This document shows positions 11,801-21,628 of a DNA stretch of 34,789 nucleotides, piece by piece. The translations under genes were made by a program, and so were the position numbers. Positions within the stretch are counted from its first letter, which is position 1, and each line of letters opens with the position of its first letter. The notes beneath the pieces are model-generated. The model was not told where the DNA came from and did no database searches. It saw only the letters and a list, made by a program, of their open reading frames with translations. The DNA is from Craspedostauros australis (Eukaryota): positions 1 to 34,789 of the forward strand of contig JALAGF010005307.1 of NCBI GenBank assembly GCA_030167865.1. The letters are read 5' to 3'.

Positions 11801-12382
11801 CAAGGTCACAGATACCGCCCGTTACCAACCAGAGAACGAACATGTGGAATGGAGGAAGTGTGATCGTATCTCTCTCTCTTTCTCTCTGCTATTCGAATAG
11901 TCGAGAGAGACTTGTCGGCACTCTGCAAACGGCTGATTGTATGTGTTCATTTAAAAGGCAACCACTGAGTCTGTCCGTCTATCAGTCCAACGTGTCTGGA
12001 ACTGAATAAGAAGCTATTCCAGTAGCTTGTGTTGTCCGTTCGCAATATCTTGTCCGATTAAAAACGTATTTGTCCGTTTAATTTCGTCCGATTAATACAT
12101 TGTTCCAAACGTGGACTGTATTTTTGCGCATCACGTATCCAGTCTGTCCCTGCGTACATGGAAGGGTTGCTGTCTGGTGCTGTCGTCCTCTTTGTTCTTG
12201 GCTTGCTTCGGACTACGAAGCAAACACTCTTCATCTCCTCATTCATTCACAAGCAACATTATGTTTCACATAACGTGTGGTAGGACTATATCATGTTCAG
12301 TTCGCTCTCGTCTCGGTTTGATGTCCATGACATGATTCGAAGCCATGCACGTTGACCACATGTCCTTGCGGCTGTCCGCCTT

Positions 12383-13372
12383 TCAGCCTTCGTTGGACGT
12401 ATCAGGTCCGCTCCAGTGGATGGCGACATTGCGCCCGTCGAACGGAAGCACTGATTGCTGGAAATCTGGGTGCTTTTGTTGCAAATACGCGCAGAACTGT
12501 TCATGATTCCGCACTGGCACCAACGCTCCAGCCTCATTCTTGATGCGGCGTTGATGAAACAGGTTTGGAAAGACGCAGCATGGAACCACGACGAAGGGCT
12601 TCCCAAACTTGAGCGCCGCATCCACAATGGCCTCCGTTGCCCCATCCGCATGCAAGCCAACCAGCAGCGACGCCTTCTGCACGGCTTGTCTGAGATCAGG
12701 ACTCATCTCGATGTCATGGTCAGTGAAGTTCATGACGAGCTGTGTGCACCGTGCGTTGACGATGCTTCCCGGAAAAGACTCGTCCTGCGAGATCCGATCT
12801 TTGAATCGCTGCTGCCACTTTTTGGGAAGTTTGGGAACGACGTCCTTGGCATAGCAGTCGGCGACGTCCGCCTTCCTTGGATCTACCATGACGACTTCGA
12901 CCTTGTAGCACATCGTCAGTCGCGCCGCTGTTTCTCCTTTTCCACCGGCAACATCCAAGATATGGAGCGGCTGCTTGGGACGAGGAGGAGGTGATGGCGA
13001 ATGTTGTTCCTGTCCCTGTTCCTGCTCCTCTTCCTTGTGTTGGTCGCTGGATTGGTCCCCAGTCTCTACAATCGATTGTTTGCTTCCACCAGCGCTGTCA
13101 TCATGAATCTTCGCTTCCTTGAAGGATTCCGGAAACGTGCACTCCAACCACTTGGTGAATGCCTTGTGTCTATGCTGGTTGCGTGCCCCGTGGCGCTTTC
13201 GTTTGGGGTTGTTGAGCTTGCGCCATTCTTTCGTCGACAGCTGTCGCGTTTGCCCTCGTTGCTGCTGCTGCGTCTGTTCTCCGACGAGTGCATGTTGTTC
13301 TTCATACTGCTCTCCATGCGGCTCTTTCTGCTGCTCCCGCAACTTCGCGTCATCGTCTGCCGCATGATCCAT
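12383..13372 (-). CDS. Uncharacterised class I SAM-dependent methyltransferase (Methyltransf_32-like, possibly RNA-modifying), 329 aa
   Basis: SAM motif I ILDVAGGKGE, VMVDPR, LVGLHADGATEAIVDAAL, KPFVVVPCCVF. Basic NLS-like stretch PKRKRH. ATG at 13372. Confidence 0.82.
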   Translation of the reverse strand: MDHAADDDAKLREQQKEPHGEQYEEQHALVGEQTQQQQRGQTRQLSTKEWRKLNNPKRKRHGARNQHRHKAFTKWLECTFPESFKEAKIHDDSAGGSKQSIVETGDQSSDQHKEEEQEQGQEQHSPSPPPRPKQPLHILDVAGGKGETAARLTMCYKVEVVMVDPRKADVADCYAKDVVPKLPKKWQQRFKDRISQDESFPGSIVNARCTQLVMNFTDHDIEMSPDLRQAVQKASLLVGLHADGATEAIVDAALKFGKPFVVVPCCVFPNLFHQRRIKNEAGALVPVRNHEQFCAYLQQKHPDFQQSVLPFDGRNVAIHWSGPDTSNEG

Positions 13373-14264
13373 TTCGATTTTGGCTTTGCCTTGATGTTGC
13401 CTTGATGTTGCGCTGGCGTTGATGTTGGGATGTCCAGGTCATTGTGGATGTTGTTCTTGGATGCTCTGTTCCGCGAAGATCATTACGTTGGTTGGTGTGT
13501 CTTGCTGCGTCATTTTTGTTGTTCGGTGCACGTCACTTGTTGGGTGATGCTGACCTCAGTCACGACCAATCATTTGGTTTGATCATGTCTGTCGAATCAC
13601 GAATCATTGTCGAAACCGATTTGGAAAAAAGGGTGGACGCGACGTGGCACCCAAAAAATCTGAGTTCTTGCATCCGTATCCATCGGCATCAGACAGGCAA
13701 TTCGCGCCACCTTGACGGACTTTTGCCAACCTTTTCACACATCTCTTTGTGTGTGCGACTGTTGTCGGACACCAGCAACATCGCGGTTCTGATCGAGTTT
13801 CGTCCCGATGACATCGTGATGGGAGGAGGTGCCGACGGCCATTGGTTCCTGCTCACCTGTTCTTAGGTACCTCTGTTGACCGGCTGTCTGTGCTTCTCCC
13901 TCCACCCAACACGGCTGTGCGCAAGAACACGAAGGAAGCACAAGTGAGAGATCTTTGGCGAGGCCGACTTTGGAAGATTTGCACCGACGCAGGCACTCAC
14001 TGACGATACTCACAAATACTTCGCCATACATTCTCGACTCAGCTTGTATTGCCGAAGAGCTAACTGGCGAGAACATCAACAGGAACATACCGACCACAAG
14101 AAGCGACAGAACACCAGCCTTCCGTCCCTCTACACGAAGAAACCAAACCATCCTACTCCACGAGTGCTCTGGAGCATTGCTCAATTCAAAGTGGAAATCG
14201 ACCCTTCGAATACATTCATGCGACCAGTTGTATAATACCATACAGAGACAGAGACAGCAGCATC

Positions 14265-15086
14265 ATGTTCAGCAGAGAATATGAACGGATCTTCGTGACC
14301 TTGGATGGCTTCAGCGAATTGGAGTATCTGGCCAGCATCGCCTTCATGTCGGTGCTCGTTTGGGAGTCGTTGTACCAGTTCCTCAGCACGGCCGTCATTC
14401 CGAACCTGGTCACGACGTGGGCGCTGGACAAGTCCAACCTGCCCGTGCTGCTGCGGGAGGGGCCTTCGTACGGATGCAGCATCGTTCACAGCACCTTCAC
14501 GGGTATCTGCGCCATCATCTTCTTCGTCCAATGCATCCCCATGGACGCAGCTGTCAAATACAGCGTCATACCCTTCGGCATGATGGAAGTCAACTGCATA
14601 TTCATGGGCTACCTCATCTACGACTTCTTCCATGTCGTATCGCAGTACCCCAAGCTGGGCGGCATGGACTTGCTGGCCCATCACGTCGTCTTCATGATCT
14701 GCAGCGTCGCCAACGGCGCCTACACCATGATGGCGTATCCCTTCTCCTGGCTGCTGCTCGGCGAGATATCCACCATCTTCCTCAGCTTGCGCTGGATCCT
14801 CATCAAATGCGGACGCGGTTCGTCTCCCGAATTCACCGCCGTCCAGAATGCCTTCGCCGCCACCTTCTTCCTCACGAGGGTCGCCATTTACGACCTGGGC
14901 CTCTTCCATATCGTGTACAACTGGGACGCCATCATCCAGGGCGTGACGACGGTCTGCGGAACACCCAAGCCGCTGCTTCTCACCAGCATCATTCTGGTCT
15001 TTGTCGGCGGCCTCCTCAACTGGATTTGGATCGTCAAGATTTATCAGCTCGCAACACGACCTACCCGTTCCGCAAAGGGGCCATGA
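14265..15086 (+). CDS. TLC (TRAM/LAG1/CLN8) domain multi-pass membrane protein, TMEM56-like, 273 aa
   Basis: Several hydrophobic segments with the TLC signatures GYLIYD, LAHH, LLGEISTIFLSLRW, FFLTRV, LNWIWIVKI. Strong C/G third-position codon bias. Confidence 0.9.
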   Translation: MFSREYERIFVTLDGFSELEYLASIAFMSVLVWESLYQFLSTAVIPNLVTTWALDKSNLPVLLREGPSYGCSIVHSTFTGICAIIFFVQCIPMDAAVKYSVIPFGMMEVNCIFMGYLIYDFFHVVSQYPKLGGMDLLAHHVVFMICSVANGAYTMMAYPFSWLLLGEISTIFLSLRWILIKCGRGSSPEFTAVQNAFAATFFLTRVAIYDLGLFHIVYNWDAIIQGVTTVCGTPKPLLLTSIILVFVGGLLNWIWIVKIYQLATRPTRSAKGP

Positions 15087-15578
15087 ATGTTCCATGCGAG
15101 AAATGGCTGAGAGAGCACGAGGCTCTATCTGGGTGCTGCTGACGGTGCCAACCGTCCACGTGGAGTTGTCGACTGGATGGAAGTAGAATCATTGATATAA
15201 TTTTGGATAGACACTGCTGTCGTCTTTGTCACTGGAGTACTCGACTGGCTTCATGGATTACCGCACTCTGCACCCCATTGATGCTGTTGTTGCAATCCAA
15301 TTTCCTTGTCAGGTGTCGTCTCTCTCTCTGGAGTTTGGACAGCAACCAACTGTGCAGCAAACACTTATATGCACTAGTGACAGGGAGCACCACGGCATGT
15401 AACTATGTACGCTAACTGCATTGCCTCTTCTGTGTTGCCTTTACTCATGGAAGGCTTGCTCCGATACTGCAGCTTGGAACGAGCGTAGCAATATGAACTA
15501 TTCTAGACGAGACTAAACGCACCACGCCGTGCTGTGGAAGTGCTGTCGAGTATCTGTTGTCGACTGGAACGATAACGA

Positions 15579-16577
15579 TCACTTCTTGGCCTGGATGACG
15601 AAGATATGCTCCCACAAGGAATCCAAACCAGCATATCGTTCCTTCCGATCAGGGTTGTCGACGAACGTGTCTTCGGACTCCAGCAACGCGATGGACTCGA
15701 CCCAATCCAACGCACCGTACATCTCTCGTACCATCGCCTCCGAAATGGAGAATGGCGGACCCTTCTTCGTCGCCTCCAAGTCGGTCGCAGATTGCCGCTC
15801 CATTGCGCACAGAAGGATGCGTGCACCAGGCGCCACGACCTTGGTCATCACTTCCAGATACTTGTCCCTCATCGAGGGGTCGATGGCAACCAAAGAACCG
15901 CGATCAAACATGGCGTCGAATTTAACGCCATCCACAGCGTGCGGCCCGAAATCGAAAAAGTCACCCTTGAGCAGCGTCATCTTGGGACCCACGAAGCGCT
16001 CATAGCCCTCACTTGCGGGCTGTTCTGCAATCTTCATTTGAGGTTGTTCCTTGCCGAAGTCTTCCAGCGATTTGCGGATCCCATCAACACCAACAAGGTG
16101 GACGTCGTCGCCAGCAGCCGATTTCTCGGCGATGTACACCATATCCAGCGTCTTTCCGCACAGAGGCACGAAGCATTGGACGGTGCCGGCAGATGCAGCG
16201 TCCTTACGCTCGTCGAGCAACGGTTGGATGATGTTGGCGTTCCAGTACTTGAGAATGGCAGGGTTGACCTCATCGAGGTGGAATCCGATCTTGTTGCTGT
16301 CCCACCGATCCAACCATGGCTGGAGATTGGCGGAGTCTTCCTTGGCAACTTCTTGCGTCATGTCTGCTGTTGAAGCGTCACAGGATCCTGGATCCTCTGC
16401 GTCTGCTGCTGATTTGCAGATCTGGAGGCTGTTCTGTGTGGAACCAGCGGAAGCCCGACGCGTTTTCGATTTGCTGGGTACGGCCAGGTTGGATTCGAAC
16501 GAGGTCACAGCCACGATGTACAACGCGATCAGATACAAGCAAGCGAGTAGAGGTGGTTGGTAGGGGCTCTTCTTCAT
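15579..16577 (-). CDS. TPMT: Thiopurine S-methyltransferase family (thiol/halide methyltransferase-like) with N-terminal signal peptide, 332 aa
   Basis: WLDRWDSNKIGFHLDEVN, FVPLCGKTLDM, GVD, KGDFFDF, FDRGSLVAI, GPPFSI are TPMT-family motifs. First ATG at 16577 (MKKSPY) is followed by hydrophobic LLACLYLIALYIVAVTS-F. Confidence 0.92.
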   Translation of the reverse strand: MKKSPYQPPLLACLYLIALYIVAVTSFESNLAVPSKSKTRRASAGSTQNSLQICKSAADAEDPGSCDASTADMTQEVAKEDSANLQPWLDRWDSNKIGFHLDEVNPAILKYWNANIIQPLLDERKDAASAGTVQCFVPLCGKTLDMVYIAEKSAAGDDVHLVGVDGIRKSLEDFGKEQPQMKIAEQPASEGYERFVGPKMTLLKGDFFDFGPHAVDGVKFDAMFDRGSLVAIDPSMRDKYLEVMTKVVAPGARILLCAMERQSATDLEATKKGPPFSISEAMVREMYGALDWVESIALLESEDTFVDNPDRKERYAGLDSLWEHIFVIQAKK

Positions 16578-16872
16578 TGTCTGGACGACGAGGACTGTGT
16601 CTGGTGTTGAAGGGAGCACGGATAGTGCACAATTGTGGGTGCATCGTCCTCCAGCTCCTCATGTACCACTTTTGGAGTGAAGGGTTCTCTGCGAGTCCGG
16701 AACGACAGAGAAGCACATCGAAACCCTTTCGTTTTGACACCTTTCTCTTGTTTCGCTTCCAAAATGGTACTCAGTAGATTTCTCCTGTTATTCATGCTAT
16801 CATTGTAAATGTAGATCACGGCGTTGTTTACAACATGTGAGGCTTGTAGCCATCCTAGCAGATGCAACGCGA

Positions 16873-17323
16873 TCATTTCTTGGCCTGGATGACGAAGGTG
16901 TGTCCTCACAAGAAATGCAATTCAGGGAACCATTTCTCTTTTACACCATCATAGGCGAGGAAGTCGTCGGACTCGAGGAACGTGATGGATTCGACCCAAT
17001 CCAACGCATCGTACATGTCTCGCACTGCCGCCTCCGGTATGGAGATTGGCGGAGTCTTCTTTGGCGACTTCTTGCACCTAGGTTGTCGATGAATCGTCGC
17101 GGGATCTTGAAGGCATTGCGTCTGTTGCTGGTTTTCAAGTTTTGGAATCATGATTATGAGCACAACCAGAGTATGAACGCTGCGTCGTGGAGATGCCTGG
17201 AACTGCAACGGTGGATCCAAACGATGCCACAACCAAGATGCGCAAAGCGATCGGATACCATGCTCGGAGACAGGCCAACGACTGGGGAGAGGGGGCGTTC
17301 CATGCAGCGTTGAGGCTCTTCAT
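16873..17323 (-). pseudogene. Tandem TPMT paralog pseudogene with internal deletion of the catalytic core
   Basis: The 5' part encodes LACLRAWYPIALRILVVASFGSTVAVP, versus LACLYLIALYIVAVTSFESNLAVP in the intact gene. The 3' part encodes PPISIPEAAVRDMYDALDWVESITFLES...L*GHTFVIQAKK*, versus PPFSISEAMVREMYGALDWVESIALLES...LWEHIFVIQAKK*. The middle is missing and a TGG>TGA nonsense change is present. Confidence 0.9.
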
Positions 17324-17562
17324 TGTTCCGGTAGCGAACGCCGTCTTCTGTTCGGAGGAGGGTTGCTTGCGTGCGTGTCCGTTCGCTTTTGGTATGCACC
17401 TGAGTTGGTATACTCTCCATGGAGCATTGATGTGGGAGCGATACTGATACCATCGTCTATGAATCTGTTCGGTCTAAAGTAATTTGTAGAGACTGAAACA
17501 TTTTGGCTGGACCTTCCGCCCTGCCTCGTACACAGACGGTTGGACGATCGCGCATCGTCGCG

Positions 17563-18093
17563 TCACCATAGCCTTCCAGAATCAATCTGCGTACCGCCGC
17601 TGAGTTGATCCGGCTTCATGAATTCTTTCGCAACCACGATGTACGATGCCATGTACGTGAAGTAGTCCCTCAATGCCGAGATCGCTTCTTCGTCATCCTG
17701 CAGCATCGGATGCTCCTCCACAGCAGCGTGCATGTGAAAGACCCACCGCTCCGCCGCGCGATCGCCGATCGGATAGGCGGCGTGCCGTCCCACCAATCTG
17801 GTGTACTTGCCCTTCTTCTGGCGATAAAGATCCGGGCCTCCGAAGGTTTGGACGAAGAATCGATACTGATTCTCGATGGCCTCCGCCTTGGAGCTTGATG
17901 CGAAGATGCTGAGGAACCACGGATTGAGCTTGTCGGCGAAGACGCGGTCGTAGAACAGCGTCGACAGCTGCTCCCAACCATCCTCGCCGAGGCGCTCGAA
18001 GAGGTTCGGCGATAGATTCAGAGCCCGTTCCGACTGTTTGAACGAGATCCCGCACTTGTCCAGTGCCCGCTTCTGCAGCGCCAGCTTGCTCAT
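17563..18093 (-). CDS. GLB3: Truncated (2/2) hemoglobin, group II, plant GLB3-like, 176 aa
   Basis: NLFERLG, LSTLFYDRVF, WFLSIFASSSKAEAIENQYRFFVQTFGGPDLY, LVGRH (proximal His) and AAERWVFHM closely follow plant GLB3. ATG at 18093; the upstream part of the listed ORF is probably UTR. Confidence 0.93.
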   Translation of the reverse strand: MSKLALQKRALDKCGISFKQSERALNLSPNLFERLGEDGWEQLSTLFYDRVFADKLNPWFLSIFASSSKAEAIENQYRFFVQTFGGPDLYRQKKGKYTRLVGRHAAYPIGDRAAERWVFHMHAAVEEHPMLQDDEEAISALRDYFTYMASYIVVAKEFMKPDQLSGGTQIDSGRLW

Positions 18094-18100
18094 CGTTGAT

Positions 18101-18139
18101 TGTGTATTGACTGTGTATTGACTGTGTATTGACTGTGTA
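18101..18139. repeat. 11-bp tandem repeat (TGTGTATTGAC) x3.5 just upstream of the hemoglobin start codon
   Basis: Direct read: tgtgtattgac tgtgtattgac tgtgtattgac tgtgta. Confidence 0.9.
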
Positions 18140-18941
18140 CTTGGTGTCGCCCTGTTCTCCGTTTCCGATTCTCTGCTCTTGCGCTTTATGATTCCGGGTA
18201 TGATGACCTCGAGATGCAAACGAATGAAGTTGATCAGCTTCCGCAATTGATCCGCGTGCGAGTGGTATCGTCTTCTTTCTGCTGTTGCGCACTCCCGTTC
18301 CTTCACACCACACCCATGCTCACGCGGGTACGGGTATGAAGAATGAGGATGTTCCTGGAAGCAAAGCAACGAAGTGGGAAAGTGCCGAGGGTATCTCGAT
18401 TCATGTGATATCTGCCCAGGGTGCGAGCAGGTCGTAAGCACTTGTGCGACTATTCTCAGTTCGATCCATCAAGGCAGAACATTCTGCCTCATGAAAATGC
18501 CGGAATGGGCCTTTGTTCTCTTCGTGCGATGGCGATGTGGATGGATGTTGGTGGCGGCGATTGTGATTCCGATTGTGGAGGTCATGCTTTGTCCGTTCAT
18601 TTCCCTCGACATCGTCAAGGTTAGCAAACACATCCTGGCCTGCCTCAGCCGATTCGGACAGAATGGCGGTGTAATTGTCCGATTTTTCCTTCGGACAAAA
18701 AAGCGGACAGTCGAAGCAGAAAAGATACGAATCGAATCGAATCGAAGTCAAAGATACCGATCCTTCTGGGAGTGGCAAGAGAGAGAGCGCACAAAATGTG
18801 ATGACCACACACAGCACCACCAGTACCATCACCACCACTACCAGCAACAACAGCAGCAGTATCTATCGCAGATCAGAGCAGGCGCACTCGTACTCGTACT
18901 CGTGCTCGTAATTCTCACCACCAGTTCCCACGAAGTCGATC

Positions 18942-20150
18942 ATGAAGCTGTACGATCACCTGCTCCACATCCTGGCAGGCATTGCTGGACTGACGACGCG
19001 TGAGCCAGCGGCAACTCACAGTGCCACCACTTCTTCCAACATTCGGACAGGAAACTCCTCTCCTTCTTCTTCTTCTGCCCATCCGAGCACTCATGCATCT
19101 GCGACGTCTTCAGGCATGCCGCAAGCACCGCCTCTCAAGGTGATCCTCATGACGGGCCAGTCCAACATGGTGGGACATGGCTACATCGACAGAACCAACG
19201 ATGATGGGAACTTCAAGAACGGAACGCTGGAGAAGATGGTGCAGGACGAGCCGGGCACGTACGGCTTCCTCAAGGATCCCGAGACGCAGGAATGGGCAGA
19301 ATTCCAGAACGTTTGGATCGCCTACAACCGCCAAATTGCAGACAGGCACGACCCTGTCATCAACAAGTTCGGCAACCTCACAACCGGCTACGGTGGCGAC
19401 AGGGGAGGCGACGACCAAATGGGCCCGGAACTGGGTTTCGGAGTGACGCTTTCCAAGTTGCTCAACAGGAACATCCACGGCGATGTTCACAGTGACAACT
19501 TGGATAGATCCCACAACGCCCACGACGAGATTGGTGATGGCGATTCAACGCAGCAGGTGCTGCTGGTGAAGGTTGCCTGGGGCGGTCTGAGCTTGGCGGT
19601 AGACTTTCGACCACCATCCTCGGGTGGCACGGTCGGCGTCTTCTACAATGCATTCGTCGCGGCGGTCAACAACGCGCTGTCCAATCTGGATGACTTTTTC
19701 CCAGACTACAGCACCACCATCGGCAGCTACGAATTGGCGGGACTCGCGTGGCACCAGGGTTGGAACGACGGCGGCAACGACGACATGGCGAACGAGTACG
19801 AGTTCAACCTCGCCAATTTCATCCGGGATCTGCGCAAGGACTTCGATGCACCGCGGATGAAGGTTGTGGTTGCCGTGAGCGGTCTCAGCGGGTACGCTGG
19901 CCAACCGCCGCGACGCAGGGCGGTGATCAATGCCCAGTTTGCAGTGTCAGACGCCGACAAGTATCCCGAATTCGCTGGCAACGTCGCGTCGGTGGAGACG
20001 CGGGGCTTCAAACGCGAGCCCGATCCGCTGTCGCCGGGAAATCAGGGATACCACTGGAACAACAACTGCATGACCTACTGGCTCATCGGCGAGTCCATGG
20101 CGCGTGCGATGGTTGCCTTGCTTCCCAACACGAAGAAAGAGACTGAGTAG
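18942..20150 (+). CDS. SGNH carbohydrate acetylesterase, SASA (sialate O-acetylesterase / CE6-like) domain, probably secreted, 402 aa
   Basis: ILMTGQSNMVG (catalytic Ser), GPELGFG, LVKVAWGG.SLAVDF, WHQGWND, GYHWNNN. Hydrophobic leader followed by a Ser/Thr-rich linker; intronless. Confidence 0.88.
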   Translation: MKLYDHLLHILAGIAGLTTREPAATHSATTSSNIRTGNSSPSSSSAHPSTHASATSSGMPQAPPLKVILMTGQSNMVGHGYIDRTNDDGNFKNGTLEKMVQDEPGTYGFLKDPETQEWAEFQNVWIAYNRQIADRHDPVINKFGNLTTGYGGDRGGDDQMGPELGFGVTLSKLLNRNIHGDVHSDNLDRSHNAHDEIGDGDSTQQVLLVKVAWGGLSLAVDFRPPSSGGTVGVFYNAFVAAVNNALSNLDDFFPDYSTTIGSYELAGLAWHQGWNDGGNDDMANEYEFNLANFIRDLRKDFDAPRMKVVVAVSGLSGYAGQPPRRRAVINAQFAVSDADKYPEFAGNVASVETRGFKREPDPLSPGNQGYHWNNNCMTYWLIGESMARAMVALLPNTKKETE

Positions 20151-20626
20151 TCTAATACCATCGAATGCAGACAGTCTCCCTAACTCAATTTTATGGTAAT
20201 TTGACAGGCTTGCGTAACATACACGTACACGAACCGGAACATGGATAGCATAAGTGTGTCTGAAAAAGGTGGCAGTGACAATGGCAATGGCGATGCTAGA
20301 CTAGAGCAAGAGGCACGCCTGAGATTTGCAACGATGTGGCCGCTGCGTTCCCACGGACTTGGGCCAAATTGACTGAAACCGTCCTGTGCACGATTGACGA
20401 ACCACCATGTCTGGCCCGAGCATTTCGAACGCTCCCGAACTGATCGAATTTGACGAACAACAAACAAGGCCCTGCGTTGCACAAAGATGAACAGCGAACT
20501 GCAATTGGCGAAGATCGCCGCCGCGAAGATTTCACATAAAACACAAACAGCATCACAGCACAAAGCAATCAACGCATCAACACCCAACGCACCAACTCTA
20601 ACTCAAACACCAAAGCAATTTCCAAC

Positions 20627-21286
20627 ATGGTCCGCTTCCTCAACACTATGGATGACTTCAACGCAGTCGTCGAGCAGTCCAAGACCAAGCTGGTCGTCAT
20701 CGACTTCACCGCTTCGTGGTAAGTTTGCGAGACCGTGTCACACCATCCCGAAGATCCGCTTGCGAACCACCCGAATCTGCGCGAGTATTGGCCTATTTCC
20801 GCGTGTTGTTTGCGTGCATGGGCCGCACATTGTCTCCTGCTCCCGACCTCCGGTTGCACGCGCAATGGCTTCACATCACGCAAATGCATGAACATGAATT
20901 TCAACGCTTCATGGTGCTTCCTTGATCATTGCATACACCACTCACTGGGACGCGACGTTGAACAATCGTTCATTTGTTCAATCGATCACTACAACTCAAT
21001 GCAATACAACTCATGCCGTCTCATCTCATTTCATCTGTTCTCTGGGATCAACACAATCAGGTGCGGACCATGCCGATTCATCGGCCCAATCTTCGAGCAA
21101 ATGAGCGAAGAGTTCTCGGCCGTTGAATTCGTCAAGGTCGATGTCGACGAGGCTGACACCATCGCCGCCAAGTGCGGCATCAGAGCCATGCCAACCTTCC
21201 AATTCTACAAGGGCGGCGAGAAGGTCAAGGAGGTCCAAGGTGCCAACCAAGAAGCCCTGCGTGCCGCCATCACAGAACTCATGTAA
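20627..21286 (+). CDS. TRX: Thioredoxin (cytosolic h-type-like), 2 exons, 105 aa
   Basis: Exons 20627-20718 and 21061-21286. The GTAAGT...CAG intron (20719-21060) splits the Trp codon. Spliced product reads MVRFLNT...VVIDFTASWCGPC...FVKVDVDE...AMPTFQFYK...GAN. Confidence 0.95.
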
Positions 21287-21628
21287 GCGCTTTTGGGGGA
21301 CAGAGAAGATAAACACACTCGAAAGCCGCATCATGTTTCTCCCACTCGAAGACAGCGGCAATTGATGTTGCAAGGTTGACCCATCTACATGACACCTTGC
21401 ATCAGTGCTCACCATCTCGCGGGGCTTGGAAGCACTTCGATTCGGAAGATTCAACTTCAAAAACAAAGCCGTAACAGTAATTTACACCATGTTCATTTCA
21501 ATTCCAATTTCCGTTGACGAATGATGTGCCGCAAGCACGATAGTGTATTCGAACAGGCGGCTTTGGAGCATGAACACCGATTTATTCACGCGAGTGTCTA
21601 TGTAGTAGCTCGTACTTGAGTTTACTCT

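Noticed and set aside
14181..15095. Long antisense ORFs (also 4944-5792, 15606-16373, 25996-27147, 30282-31091)
   Set aside because: Shadow frames opposite genuine genes with strong codon bias; no recognisable motifs.
16906..16908. In-frame TGA in the TPMT copy as selenocysteine or readthrough
   Set aside because: It aligns with a Trp (TGG) codon in a copy already destroyed by a frameshifting deletion.
18101..18139. CRISPR-like array
   Set aside because: Head-to-tail 11-mers without spacers, no cas genes, eukaryotic context.
21300..21310. ACAGAGAAGAT resembling the U6 snRNA ACAGAGA box
   Set aside because: Only an 11-nt match in the thioredoxin 3' UTR; flanking U6 sequence is absent.
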